Shown here: positions 1 through 12,469 of the stretch, piece by piece
Numbering within the stretch: position 1 is the first letter of the stretch
Layout of the letters: each line of letters starts with the position of its first letter
Source: Octopus bimaculoides
Lineage: Eukaryota
DNA length: 56,965 nucleotides
NCBI RefSeq assembly: GCF_001194135.2
Contig: NC_068983.1
Span: 11,859,533-11,916,497, forward strand
Direction: 5' to 3'
Notes under the pieces: generated by a model
Database searches by the model: none
The model's input: the letters and a program-made list of their open reading frames with translations, nothing else
What the model was told of the DNA's origin: nothing
Made by a program: the position numbers and the translations under genes

Positions 1-12
1 ATGTATGTATGT

Positions 13-372
13 ATAGGAAAGTTGGTTATACATCATTAGATGTATACCTGACTTTCTTATATAAAATTAGAATTAACGGAACGCTGTACTCCAGACTATC
101 AACTTAAACAACATTTATTCAAGGTGGAATATATATGCATCTTTAGCTCTTGTTTGTTGTTACAGCTTCTGTGTGTGTGAGCATGGTTGTTGGGACGTTG
201 GTATGTAGATGTAAGCGAGCTGTCGAGCGTAAGTTCAAAAGATGGAGAGAGACAGCTAAACACGTCCGTGCTCAATCGCTGGCCAGCAAGAAAGAGGGAG
301 AATGAAGCGGGAAAACTTGGTTGTTGAATTCCACGCATGCGTGAGACTACGCATGCGCACGGCGTTACTACA
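13..372 (+). repeat. Unclassified interspersed repeat with palindromic ends, copy 1
   Basis: Reverse complement of 5479-5886. Confidence 0.8.
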
Positions 373-1112
373 TATGTATATATGGCATGCATGTATATGG
401 ATATAGATACATAGGCGCACGCGCGCATGAAACACACGTACGTACACACATATTACACACACAGACACACACATGTGTGTGTGTATGTGTGTGTGTATGT
501 GTGTGTGTACATACATATATGAGTGATTGAACAAACGAAAGAAGGTCCGTGTAAATCCAAATGAAGAAGAATATAATTAATGGGGGAAAATGCATAACAT
601 GTCTTATAAAGGCTAAAATACATATATAACCAGAAATTAGTTTTGTTGTGTATGTTTATGTTAGAAATTGCTTTTAAGAAGCGGATTATCTACAATCCTT
701 AACCTATGTCAAGAAGAATTCTAATATATATTTTCTCATTTATCACGAGTGTTTTGTTAAAAACAGAACAAAAGCATTATGTTAAATGAATCAGTGATAA
801 TATGGGGAAACGGTTTTTTTTTCGAGACACCCGAATTGTACCAGTAACTTACTCAAATAACACCTCCAAATAGTTTTTAATCGCTCATCATGATAATGTT
901 TCATGTTTCGAAAAATATTTGGAATAAAAATTTAATAATGTCTTATCTGTAAATAATAAAATATCTAGCTGAAAAAATATAACATGGAGAATCCTTGACT
1001 GATTGCCGACCCGTGTTATCACAAATCAATTCATGACAAGCGTAATGTGGTTCGCAATTGAGTGTATCGTGTTATTCCGGATCAGTGATAAATGAATCCG
1101 TGATAAAAGGGC

Positions 1113-1394
1113 ACTCCGATCAACAGAACAGCCTGTTCGTGAAATTAATGTGCAAGTGGCTGAGCACTCCACAGACACGCGTGCTCTTAACGTAGTTCTC
1201 AGATAGATTCAGTGTGACACAGAATGTGACAAGGCCGGCCCTTTGAAATACAGGTACTTCTCATTTTTGACAGATGAGTGAACTGGTGCAACGTGAAATA
1301 AAGTGTCTTGCTCAAGGAGACAACGCGCGGCCGGGAATCGAACTTACGACCTTACGATTGTAGGCCGAATACTCTAGCCACTAAACTACGCGCC
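1113..1394 (-). mobile_element. SINE family D (tRNA-like A/B-box head plus shared 3' module)
   Basis: Minus-strand head GGCGCGTAGTTTAGTGG..GTTCGATTCC; the 3' module is shared with 43066-43250. A head-only copy is at 52121-52246 (+). Confidence 0.8.
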
Positions 1395-1844
1395 TTCACA
1401 AAGCAACATAAAGAATTGTAAATAGCTGATGTTTCTATTTCGTAAACCTCGCTATTAGATAAAAAGGTTTCGGGATCAGCAGACAGCTATATCTTATATA
1501 AACATCTGTCACAATAGCGACAGCCATAAATGATGCGGACTCATTTTTGCAACTGAGTGAATCTAAATGCACCACAGTTACTTCAAATCAAGAATATCCT
1601 TCAAACTGTTCAATGTTCAGAAGGTGTCATAAAAAGACTACACTGGGCCGTAGTTGGTCTTAGATCACATGAATGATAAGAAAACCTTTTTAATGCTCCT
1701 GCAAAAGAATTTCATCCTCTTTAAGACTACCGTGAATAGTCTATTGATAGCGGTGGTAATTCTATACGTCTATTTTCAATACTTGCCACTACGTGATCTG
1801 GCGACAAGAATGATTTCGCATTTGCTAAATACTCTTTTACTCTA

Positions 1845-2408
1845 TTACTTGTTTCAGTCATTTGACTGCGGCCATGCTGGAGCACCGCCTTTAGTCGAGC
1901 AAATCAACCCCAGGACTTATTCTTTGTAAGCCTAGTACTTATTCTATCGGTCTCTTTTGTCGAACCGCTAAGTTATGGACACGTAAACACAGACACACAA
2001 ACATATACACATACATAAATACATACATACATACATATATGTATATATANNNNNNNNNNNNNNNNNNNNNNNNNNNNNNNNNNNNNNNNNNNNNNNNNNN
2101 NNNNNNNNNNNNNNNNNNNNNNNNNNNNNNNNNNNNNNNNNNNNNNNNNNNNNNNNNNNNNNNNNNNNNNNNNNNNNNNNNNNNNNNNNNNNNNNNNNNN
2201 NTAGGGATTAGCAGTATCCTGCTTCTCCAACATACTGAGAATTCAGAAATAGCAGCCAAAGAACTACTGATTCCAAAACTACACAATTTTGCCGGGTAGC
2301 TCAGTATGAAAAAACCTTATCGGTAAAACCATTTATAATTACCCGGCAAAATTGTTAATTATTAATTTTATTACTAATTGACGATTCCCTGCCCTGTATA
2401 TCTATCTA

Positions 2409-2441
<33 letters not shown>

Positions 2442-2597
2442 GACGGGCTTCTTTCAGTTTCTGTCTACCAAATCCACTCACAAGGCTTTGGTCGGCCCGA
2501 GGCTATAGTAGAAGACACTTTCCCAAGGTGCCACGCAGTGGGACTGATCCCGGAACCATGTGGTTCGTTAGCAAGCTACTTACCACTCAGCCACTTC
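1845..2597 (-). mobile_element. SINE family B (tRNA-like head, CORE-like GTGGCACCTTGGGCAAGTGTCTT, internal microsatellite), interrupted
   Basis: 3' part at 1845-2040, head at 2440-2597; matches the other family-B copies. Confidence 0.85.
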
Positions 2598-3507
2598 ATA
2601 TTTGCTGTTAGATGGTCAATTGATACTGGGTATGATAATACATTCACGTCAGAGTAATCTGGTACAATAAATAAGCGTACATAGAAAGAAAACAATCTGA
2701 GACAAACGTCATGTTAATAAATTAACTTTTAATATCCTGCGAGAATTGATGGATTCCATATCAAATATTACGCGGAATAATGTCAAGGTTCTCTTCGTAA
2801 AAGAACTTGTATCTTCTCTCATTATTGGAAACAGTATACCACACTGCCATACAGAAGTCAGTTTGAAATTCCATTTCTAATTGTATGTGTCAGTATGTCT
2901 GATAATCAGGAAGCAGCCATCAACCGTTGTCAGTATGTTTCTCTTTGTAATTAACATATAGTTTTCTACCTTTAGCAAAATGTTTCTATGAAATTAATGA
3001 AAGTGTAAATTTATCGTTTAGTGTTATCACAAATAAGAATAACCTAGAGCAAGAAAACCATACACAATTAACTAATACAAAAAAATTGATAACTCGATGT
3101 ATTTCATATGTCATCGTTTGATTTTACCCTTTCAAACACTGTTCACAATGAAATTTTTCCTCTTGTCGATCTTCAATGCATATTTCATCAAATTCCACTA
3201 CCTTCTACATAATATCATTTGACAGTATTTGAAGTATTGAGGGGAAATATCATTAACACATTGGACTTCCTTTGGGTGTATACCAACACCATTCCTCATT
3301 TAACTTCAATCAAAATCTAAAGAAAAAAAAATTGCAGAAGTACGTTATCTTTTGTGGCATGACGAAGTGAACGCAATAAAGCATGTTCAATTTCATAGAA
3401 GCGACATCATTGGTATGCAGTTTAGTAGCAAACATTTTAAATACTGAAATAAAAAAAAAGGTTTTCCCAGTCACATTATAATAGATTGTAAACTTGGATG
3501 GGTCACA

Positions 3508-4438
3508 TATTGGATCGTCAGATAATTTCGTTCGTTTCTTTCCCATGTTATTTGAATTAACGCGAAAAAAAATTTTTTCTATAGTGTTTTATGTCCTTTT
3601 GTAGCTCTGATCTTCTTCTCTAACTGTTGTTTATCCCTTTTGAAATTTGAATAAATTTTACTTCTTTGCAGACATATCACGAAGGAATACTAAGTAGAGT
3701 AAAAAAAAAAACACCGAATATTTTCGACATCTGTTCCTCTTTGCTTTCATTCAAAGTTCAAAGGCCGTCAGAGCGGCTCGAAGCATTTGTGTTGTGTACG
3801 GAGAAGGTGCTGTTACTACAAGAACGACGCGGAAATCGTTTTCAAGCTTCAAGGAGGAGAAATTCGAACTCACAGACATCCCGTGTTCTGGTTGATCTAT
3901 CCAGTTCAAAGAAGATCAATTGAATGAGCTCATCCACGAAGATCCACGCCAATCCCAGAATTAGCCCAGCAGATGGCATGCTCTCATGATACCGTCGCTC
4001 ATCACTTCCACTCGATAAGTAAAGCCCAAAACTCGGTGCATGGATGCTGGCAACATGGAGTGTTTCTTCAACACGACAACGTTCGCTCCATGTCAATTTG
4101 ATAAAAAATGCTATTCAAGAGTTCGTTTGGGAAGTTCTACTGCACCCATCATATTCTCCTGATATAGCACCTTCAAATTATAACCTTTTCCGGTCGCTCT
4201 TTACCATTCTGTGAGGCCTATCGTTCAACAACGATGTGGAGCTGAAAATGTTGTCCTATGAATTCTTCGGCCCAAGACCCGGTGATTTCTGTCATCAAGG
4301 CATTGACGAGTTATTGGAACATTATCAAGAAATCATGAACTATGGAAGAAAATAATGATTCGTTCAAATTGATGATAAAAAAAAATAAGGATTAAAATAA
4401 AGGTGGGGAATGGTCTAATACTATCTGACAACCTAATA
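3508..4438 (+). mobile_element. Internally deleted mariner (Tc1/mariner) relic
   Basis: Decayed transposase: FRHLFLFAF..AARSICVVYGEGAV..; KLGAW joined to FLQHDN; WEVLLHPSYSPDIAPSNYNLFRSL. Imperfect TIRs tattggatcgtcagata (3508) and tatctgacaacctaata (4438) with TA ends. Confidence 0.85.
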
Positions 4439-5478
4439 AATTTCAAAACCCTATCAATTAATCGCTTCATTGCCTTCATTGCATATGCAAAATGGCTACG
4501 TATCTTAACCCTAAAAACTCAGATGTTCGTCTTTACTTATCATGTATCGGTAAATTGATTCATTGTTCAATTGATGTCGTTCAAAGTCTCTGAGTATTAG
4601 TAATATCATGAGTACTTCATGTACCAAATTTCAAGTCTTTACATAGAGCGGCTCGGGCAGATAAATCTATTCTGATCGTGTGTACAAACACACACACACA
4701 CATACACACACATATATATATATATATCAGTGGCGACTCCGACACTTGGGCTGTTCGGGCTTAGCCCGAGTATAAATTTAGTAAAGTGAACGTGTATCTT
4801 GCAATCTGATTTAATTTCTACCAACACTGATTACAAGTATGTAATTGTAGCCAATAACTCGGGTTCCTTTTATTGAGCCTGGTCGCAGTTAATTTATTTT
4901 CGTTCAGCGTCTGGCGATCATCCTAGTGATGCCCTGTGTCAAGAAATATTCGTAGCAGACGTTCTCTCGGCATCATTCGCACACGTCTGACTCGGGCTCA
5001 GAAGTTGCAGCCCGAGTTGTTATCTCTAATCGCAAAAATTAAAAGTAATTCAAGTTCAATGTTTTCTTGAAACAATAAATTTCTATAGAGATTAGGATTT
5101 AAATTCCAATCTATAAAAATCTTTCGTTCTACAATATTCTTAAAGGAACGAAAAATAATCCGGCAACTCGGGCTGTTACAAACGAGCCTGGTAGATGTAA
5201 AAGACCAACTGACATCTCTTGTCAAGAGTACAGGCGACAGTCAGATCACTGGTGTTTGCTGTGCACTCCGCTGTCGTTATTTGATTGCCCTTATTCTGTG
5301 CGTCTGTGTAAAGATCAGTTGTGTTTTGCAGGGCTGCTTTATTTTTACCCTTAACTTAGAAATGGAGACAGACATAGTGCTAGATATAAGAAATAAGCCA
5401 TTTAGGGTTAGAAATAAAGCGGTGAAACGTGAAATTCTTCGAGCAGGCATGTGTTTTATGCGAAATCTGTGATGAGCC

Positions 5479-5886
5479 TGTAGTAACGCCGTGCGCATGC
5501 GTAGTCTCACGCATGCGTGGAATTAAACAAGCAAGCTTTCCCGCTTAATTCTATCTCTTTCTCGGTCGGCCGGCCATGAGCATGGACGTGTCAAGCAGTG
5601 TCACCAACATTCTAACTCTGGAGACAGTTTCTTTACGTGTTTAGCTGTCTCTCTTCATCTTTCGAACTTACGTTCGACAGCTCGCTTACATCTACATAAC
5701 AACGTCCCAACAACTATGCTCACACACACAGAAGCTGTAACAACAAAAGCTAAAGATATATATATTTACCACCTAAATAAAGTGTTGTATAAGTTGATAG
5801 TCTGGAGTTCAGCGTTCCGTTATATTCTCTAATCTTATATAGGAAAGTCAGGTATACATCTAATGATGTATAACCAACTTTCCTAT
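5479..5886 (-). repeat. Same repeat, copy 2
   Basis: Shares the terminal hairpin and CACGCATGCGTG palindrome with copy 1; carries about 50 extra bp. Confidence 0.8.
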
Positions 5887-8345
5887 AAGCCCGAATGACG
5901 TTGATGACCTGGAATCGCCTCCGATTATATATATATATATATTCATATTCCTGGTTATGGTATATACCTAGTCAGAATGTTACCGACGGTTTCGCACCGA
6001 CTATCTCACTTGGCAATATTGACGACCGTACAAAATCAAATTGTAAACTGCTGGAACAGCCTAGGCCACACCATGGCCGAGAAAAGAATCGTTCTGAAGA
6101 TTTCACATGATCAGGATGCTTTCTTGAACTAAAAAAGCGAGATATTTCGTTGCTACCCTTGTGAGAGGCAACATGTTTGTCCCCTCTTTCGGACTAAAGT
6201 ACAAAAAACGTGTTCACATTTTCAGCTGATATCCTTCGGTTACAGCTCACACCATTCCACGGGTGGATGGGAGAAAATCTCCTTTCTCGCTTGAAAAAGA
6301 TTCTTACCACTTTTATTCTGGTTCCTTTTTTTTTTATCATTTACCAAGCTAATGAGAGCTATATATTTGCCTCCATCATAAAAGTGGCCATGTTAGCATA
6401 TCATAAGAACTGTCAATATTGCCAAGTGCAAAAATTAGTGCAAAACCGCTGGTATCATTCTGACCAGTTATACGCCATAACCAATGATATACAATATAAA
6501 AATGTAACAGCTCTTTTTCTCTTTTACAGTGTGCATTTTCTTTTTAGCTTTGGACAACTAACTGATTATATATCTAACGAATTGTATGTAGCATTTCGTA
6601 GAGAAGGAATGCAGTTCTGGAGTCGAAAGTTCACCAAAATGCTATGATTATTATGTAGCAAATCAATAAGAGGAAGAAGAATATTAGTTAAAATAGTCTT
6701 TTATTTCATTGTCATCGTTACAATGTAAGGTATAACTTTTTCGAGTTGTTATTGTACAAAAATTATTTTTAGTTCTGTTATCTATTTTGTAGCTAGTTAA
6801 GTTCATCTTTTGTTGACTGCTAGGAGAACAGATGGAAGAAGTGAGAGATAAAGAATAAAAAAAATCTACCTGTCTGTGTTGATCAGTAAATAGCGTAAAA
6901 ATTATTCAGTCGTGCAGTGACAAGCCATACATGAAGTGAGAAATAGACAGATGGACTCTTCTAGCGAGGGGCCAAGTGAAAGAGAGCGAACCAATTTTTG
7001 GTTCCGTATTCAAATTTTTTCTGATTAAATTCAATCCGGCTGGTCAAAGGATTTTTCGTCTGTAATCTGCCTTGATCTAAGTTTGATCCGAAATAGTTAA
7101 CTAGAACTATGTATTTGTGACAGTTGACTCTCGTAAATTTCTAAGGGCAAAAGCCAAGAACAACAGGTAAAGAATTTGTAGAAAAATGTAAATTCGGTTT
7201 CGAATCTTGACTTAGAACCTAGGAAGTTATTGGTTACATGCACGCACGCACACATGTATGTTTATATGTACAAAAAATGATAGGATGGTCACTGCTGGAA
7301 ACTTTTGATTACAGATTTACTCGTTCGGGTCTAACTTGTGGTTAAGCAACAATAACAACTTCTAGCTCTAACTTTAAAACCCAACTCCAAGCAATTTATC
7401 ATAGCAAAGTCTACCTCACAAAGATGGTTCCTTATTTTCCGGATCAGAAAGTACTTCATCTCCCAATAAACACTAGCTCTCTACAAAGATCAAATGAGAC
7501 CTACAACATAATAATGTTTCACACCTGGTACAGTTCGGCTGCTACATACGCAGACATCTCAGACCGTATCCTTCAAAGGGTCATCCTACCGACTAGGGTA
7601 CAGTCACTCACCTTATACTCCAGCCTTTACCCACAGGCACAAGGCCTTTTAATTCTGCCCTTCTATCGTAAGTCCAGGAGCATTTGCTCAGTTGGTTTCG
7701 CTTCACCTTTATTCAAACACTCTGCATTTACTCATCTCTACTCTTCGCGTCACTGTTTGTGATCGTCCCCACCACTAAGCAAACCAATCTTTACTCTCAT
7801 CAACGTCCGTCCTTTAGAACTTATATTGCATGTGCTTTACTTGATTTCACTGGTTTTAAGGGAGCTTTGAAGGCCAAGGGCGCAGTCCTTCATCCAGACC
7901 AAACCAATTAAATAAAAATGCAAATGAAAATATTAAAAAAATATATATCTATTAGATAAGAAAAATTAAAAAGAAACAAAAGAGTACTTTCCATTTGATT
8001 TATTAAATTAAACGAAATAATTAATAAATAAAGAAAGAAAGAAAGGCAAAGCAACAGCGAAAACGAAACTGTAAATAGCGGAGGCAAAAATTAAAAACAA
8101 AAAAAAGTCGTAAGAAATTTTTGAGCAGCGTCTACACTTCACTTAATGCAAGCTGACATAAAACTGCATGTACCACGCATAATTTTAAATGACAGAATAA
8201 AAGTAGAGACTTAGGCGTCAGACGTGGTGAAAAAAAAAAATATTATACAGTCGATCTATGTCTATATTTAATTTTATTTTCATCATATGATATATCTTAT
8301 ATTACAACCAAAATAGGGAATTATTTGTCGCCGGGATATGTTTCA

Positions 8346-8397
8346 CCGGAAGTTGTCAGTTGCACTTGCGCAAAGAAACATAACATGGCTACACGTG
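8346..8397 (+). promoter_or_regulatory. Probable MLH3 core promoter
   Basis: Four motifs within 52 bp: CCGGAAGT (ETS, 8346-53), TTGCGCAA (C/EBP-type palindrome, 8366-73), AACATGGC (YY1-like, 8382-89), CACGTG (E-box, 8392-97). A perfect donor follows at 8475. Confidence 0.55.
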
Positions 8398-8474
8398 GAA
8401 GTAGCTTTTACTTCTTAATTGACAAATTTTTGATTAATTAAAATGAGAAACTTCTTAAATGAAAATAACAACCA
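8350..8474 (+). other. MLH3: Putative non-coding first exon of MLH3 (5' boundary uncertain)
   Basis: Donor ACCA|GTAAGT at 8475. An upstream exon is required because the first coding exon has an acceptor only 13 nt before the ATG. Confidence 0.45.
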
Positions 8475-9989
8475 GTAAGTACTCTAATGAACACACTCAA
8501 CTCTTCTCTGCTCTTAACTGCCTTTATATTAAATTATGAAATCATTTCTACGCCCATTGCTTTGATAACATCTAGTTTTCATTCGACAAGTGTTTGTTTA
8601 CAAAGAAATCTGCTGGCAGAAGCTGTTCTCTTCGTGTTGTTTTTTGCCTTGTATTGGATGTTAATAGTTTCTTGTGAGCTTTACAAAGTCTCTGTCTGAT
8701 ATGTGGTTGAAATAGTAAAATAAAATTTTTCTTTAGGTCAGAATCGGTAAAACATTGGAGGCGGGGGGAACTTTGTTTTTAGCTACTTCTCTCCACGCTC
8801 TGAGCACAAATTCTATTCAGAGTTAGATAACATAAATAATGTCGATAAGTACTGGTGTTGTTCGATTAGTACGGCTATACCTCAGAATGTAATGTCCCAG
8901 TGTGGTCACAATAAAAGGACTAAAACCAGTAAAAGAATATATGCATGTTTATAATGCATGCGTGCACACACACGGACGCACGCACACACACACTCGCTCT
9001 GTGTTTGTGTCATAGCCCCAAATAGTTTTAATTAGGGTGGGGCAAAATGAGATGTTTTTACTGCATATTTGACTTTGAGACAACATATTTTTTTTTCTAC
9101 AAATGTTCACTACTTTACAAAAACTGTATTAGCTAAGCAAATGGCCTTAAGTGCAGAGCATTATCACATAACCTGATCACTATCTCAAAAAAATTATCAC
9201 CGAAAGCTTTGAACATATAAAAGACAAATTTGGTTGGGGCAAAATGAGTAAGCCAAAATAAGGTATATTTGCCGCATCACTTCTCCAGAGAACAGACTAA
9301 TACACATCAATATCCATCCTTAGACATCAGAAAGAACAGAAATGCAAAAAAAAAAAAAAAATATATATATATATAGGTCAAATGAAAGAGGCTCAGGGAA
9401 AAATGGCACATGAAATATATATATATATATATATATAAAGCTGTTTCCCCTTAGGAAAGAAATAATGAGAACCTGGATGTCTGAAAATAGCTATTGGTTG
9501 AAGCTCTTTGATGTCACACCAAGTATAGTCAACCACTTATCAAGCCAGTAGGTTAACCTCTGTATTTTCCTTTGACCTGCTAGAAATAACTGCCAAATCT
9601 CCCTCAAATCACACCCTGCCATCTCAAAGAAAGATGGATTAAAGCCAGCCCTTGATATACAAAAAGAATGGGATAATCAGGTTGGAATCCCTTTAATTAG
9701 AGGACTGCTTCATCAAAGCTGTCTGTTAATTAAGCAACAACTCAGATATCAAATATAAACAGCTCTATCCTTAGCTAGAACTGAACCTAAAACTTTGTGG
9801 TTGTCAGGTAAGTAGTGTCATTTGTTTCCAATCTTCTGTGAAAATATAGCTGGTATGCGGGAAATATTATCTTGCTTGGCAACAAGACGGGTATCCAGCT
9901 GTAGAAAATCTGCTTCGATGAATTTTGTCTACCCCATGCAAGTATGGAAACATGAACATTTAACTGATGATATATATATATATATATAT

Positions 9990-10211
9990 CATCATCATCA
10001 TCATCATCGTTTAACGTCCGCTTTCCATGCTAGCATGGGTTGGACGATTTGACTGAGGACTGGTGAAACCGGATGGCAACACCAGGCTCCAATCTAATTT
10101 GGCAGAGTTTCTACAGCTGGATGCCCTTCCTAACGCCAACCACTCAGAGAGTGTAGTGGGTGCTTTTACGTGTCACCCGCACGAAAACGGCCACACTCGA
10201 AATGGTGTCTT
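9990..10211 (-). mobile_element. SINE family C (RTE-like 3' end, (GAT)n tail)
   Basis: CCAACCCATGCTAGCATGGAAAGCGGACGTTAAACGATGATG tail on the minus strand. Confidence 0.85.
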
Positions 10212-11154
10212 NNNNNNNNNNNNNNNNNNNNNNNNNNNNNNNNNNNNNNNNNNNNNNNNNNNNNNNNNNNNNNNNNNNNNNNNNNNNNNNNNNNNNNNNN
10301 NNNNNNNNNNNNNNNNNNNNNNNNNNNNNNNNNNNNNNNNNNNNNNNNNNNNNNNNNNNNNNNNNNNNNNNNNNNNNNNNNNNNNNNNNNNNNNNNNNNN
10401 NNNNNNNNNNNNNNNNNNNNNNNNNNNNNNNNNNNNNNNNNNNNNNNNNNNNNNNNNNNNNNNNNNNNNNNNNNNNNNNNNNNNNNNNNNNNNNNNNNNN
10501 NNNNNNNNNNNNNNNNNNNNNNNNNNNNNNNNNNNNNNNNNNNNNNNNNNNNNNNNNNNNNNNNNNNNNNNNNNNNNNNNNNNNNNNNNNNNNNNNNNNN
10601 NNNNNNNNNNNNNNNNNNNNNNNNNNNNNNNNNNNNAGTGAAAGAGTACAGCAGGGTTCGCCACCATCCCCTGCCAGAGGGTGTTTTCGCTCAATAAACA
10701 CTCACAACACCCAGTCTGGGAATCGAAACCGCGAGTCCGCTACCCTAACCACTGGGCCATTGCACCTCCACTAATATATATATATATATATATATATATA
10801 CAGCACCTGGTGCAGCCATCTGGTTCGCCAGTCCTCAGTCAAATCGTCCAACCCATGCTAGCATGGAAAGTGGATGTTAAATGATGATATATATATATAT
10901 CATCATCATCATCATTTAATATCCATTTTCTGGCATGGATAGGATGGTTTGACAGGAGCTGGTATGGTTTCTATGGCTGGATGCCCTTCACAACACACAC
11001 ACATATGCATAAAACAGAGGGTTATTTAGCTTAATCTCATTTATAAATAAAATCCAGGTTAGTTTCCCAGTACTTGAATACTATTTCTCAGTACGTACCT
11101 AAAATTGATGCATCTTAAAACAGACTCCACTCCATTTTCAGATGATCTACCATC

Positions 11155-11369
11155 ATGATCAAGCAGCTACCAGCCAGTGTTCAATCCTACATTCGGTCTG
11201 GTGTAGCAATAACAAGTGTCACTCAGTGTGTTGAAGAATTACTCCTCAATGCTGTTGATGCTGGTGCTAAGTGTATCGCTGTACGGGTAGACTTATCCTG
11301 TTTTCGCATCCAGGTTGTGGACAATGGAAGTGGGATTGCTGCTGAAGAGCTTGATAAAGTTGGACAAAG
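11155..11369 (+). CDS. MLH3: MLH3 coding exon 1 (GHKL ATPase N-terminus)
   Basis: MIKQLP..RSGVAITSVTQCVEELLLNAVDAGA..VVDNGSGI contains MutL Bergerat motifs I and II; EELxLN is MLH3-like. Acceptor ttttcag| at 11141, in-frame TGA at 11143-45 upstream of the ATG, donor AAG|gtaaga at 11370 (phase 2). Confidence 0.95.
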
Positions 11370-12469
11370 GTAAGATTATTAAATGTTTAAATGTCTGAGA
11401 TGAGGCACTGTTAATAAGATTTTAATTTTCCAGACTGTTAACTTCATCATTTTTTAATATTGACATCTAATCCACATTTTGATGAGTTTCATCTCCAATG
11501 GTCATTAGTTGACTTATTCTTAGATGTGTACATAGTACCAGATTTGGATTAGAAATCTTTAATAGGCAGAGGTTTGGCTGTGTAGGTGCAGGAATTGCTG
11601 TTAAAGCACAAGTGTGGCTATGTGGTTAAGAAGCCTGCTTCACAACCATGTGGTCTTGTGTTCAGTCCCACTGCACTGCATTTTGGGCATGTGTCTTCTA
11701 CTGTAGTCCTAGGCTGACCAAAGCCTTATAAGTAGATTTTGTAGATGGAGACTGAAGCCCTTCATTTGTGTGTACCCTTGTCTAGTCATCACATAATGGT
11801 TATATATGGACAATATCCTCATACAAGTCAGGTTCTTTGTTTCCAGTCTTCCATGAAAAACGTTTCTAGATGTGGGCAAATATTACCTTGCTTGGAAACA
11901 GGTAGGGGCTAGTGTCAGGAAGGGCATCTGACCATAGAAAATCTGTCTTAACAAATTCCATGGAAAAGTGGCCATTAAATGACAATAATGGTTCTGAATT
12001 GAGGACAGTTATGCTCTTCCTTGTTTGTCTTTCTTGTTTTCGGAAAATGACCAGAGTCCATCTCTTAGACACCAATGATACTTCTTAAAGAGTATCAGCA
12101 ATGTATGATGCAGTTGTGCTGGCGACTATAGAATTATAATTACTCCTGATTATGTTACACCTTTCATGTGCCCTCATGACTGAAGAAGCTATGGAAGAGA
12201 CAGTATTTCATTGTTGCAGATGTATGTGACAACCTTATCATGACAACAAATGGTTTGCTGTTTCTTTGCAGTTTTTAAGAAGTTTGCATCTTGACTTACA
12301 TTGGACTTGGGTTTCAATGAAATGCTTCATTGATGATTAGTCTCATTCTCTTTTCATGGCTCAGTGACTAAGCACATTAGGGGATGCAATGGGATGACTA
12401 TAGCAATCAATGTGTCTCACCATGCTCTGAGGTTGTTGAATTTTGACTGATGATTAATTTCTTGCCAGA

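Noticed and set aside
99-595. YI/HT/CV-rich ORFs here and throughout the window
   Set aside because: Translations of (TA)n/(CA)n microsatellites and N gaps.
1330-1394. tRNA-like sequences (also in the heads of families A, B and E)
   Set aside because: A/B boxes belong to SINE heads that run into SINE bodies; no complete cloverleaf.
7424-7911. ORFs in a non-repetitive-looking, more balanced-composition block
   Set aside because: All frames on both strands are interrupted and show no recognisable motif; possibly an old LINE relic, but unsupported.
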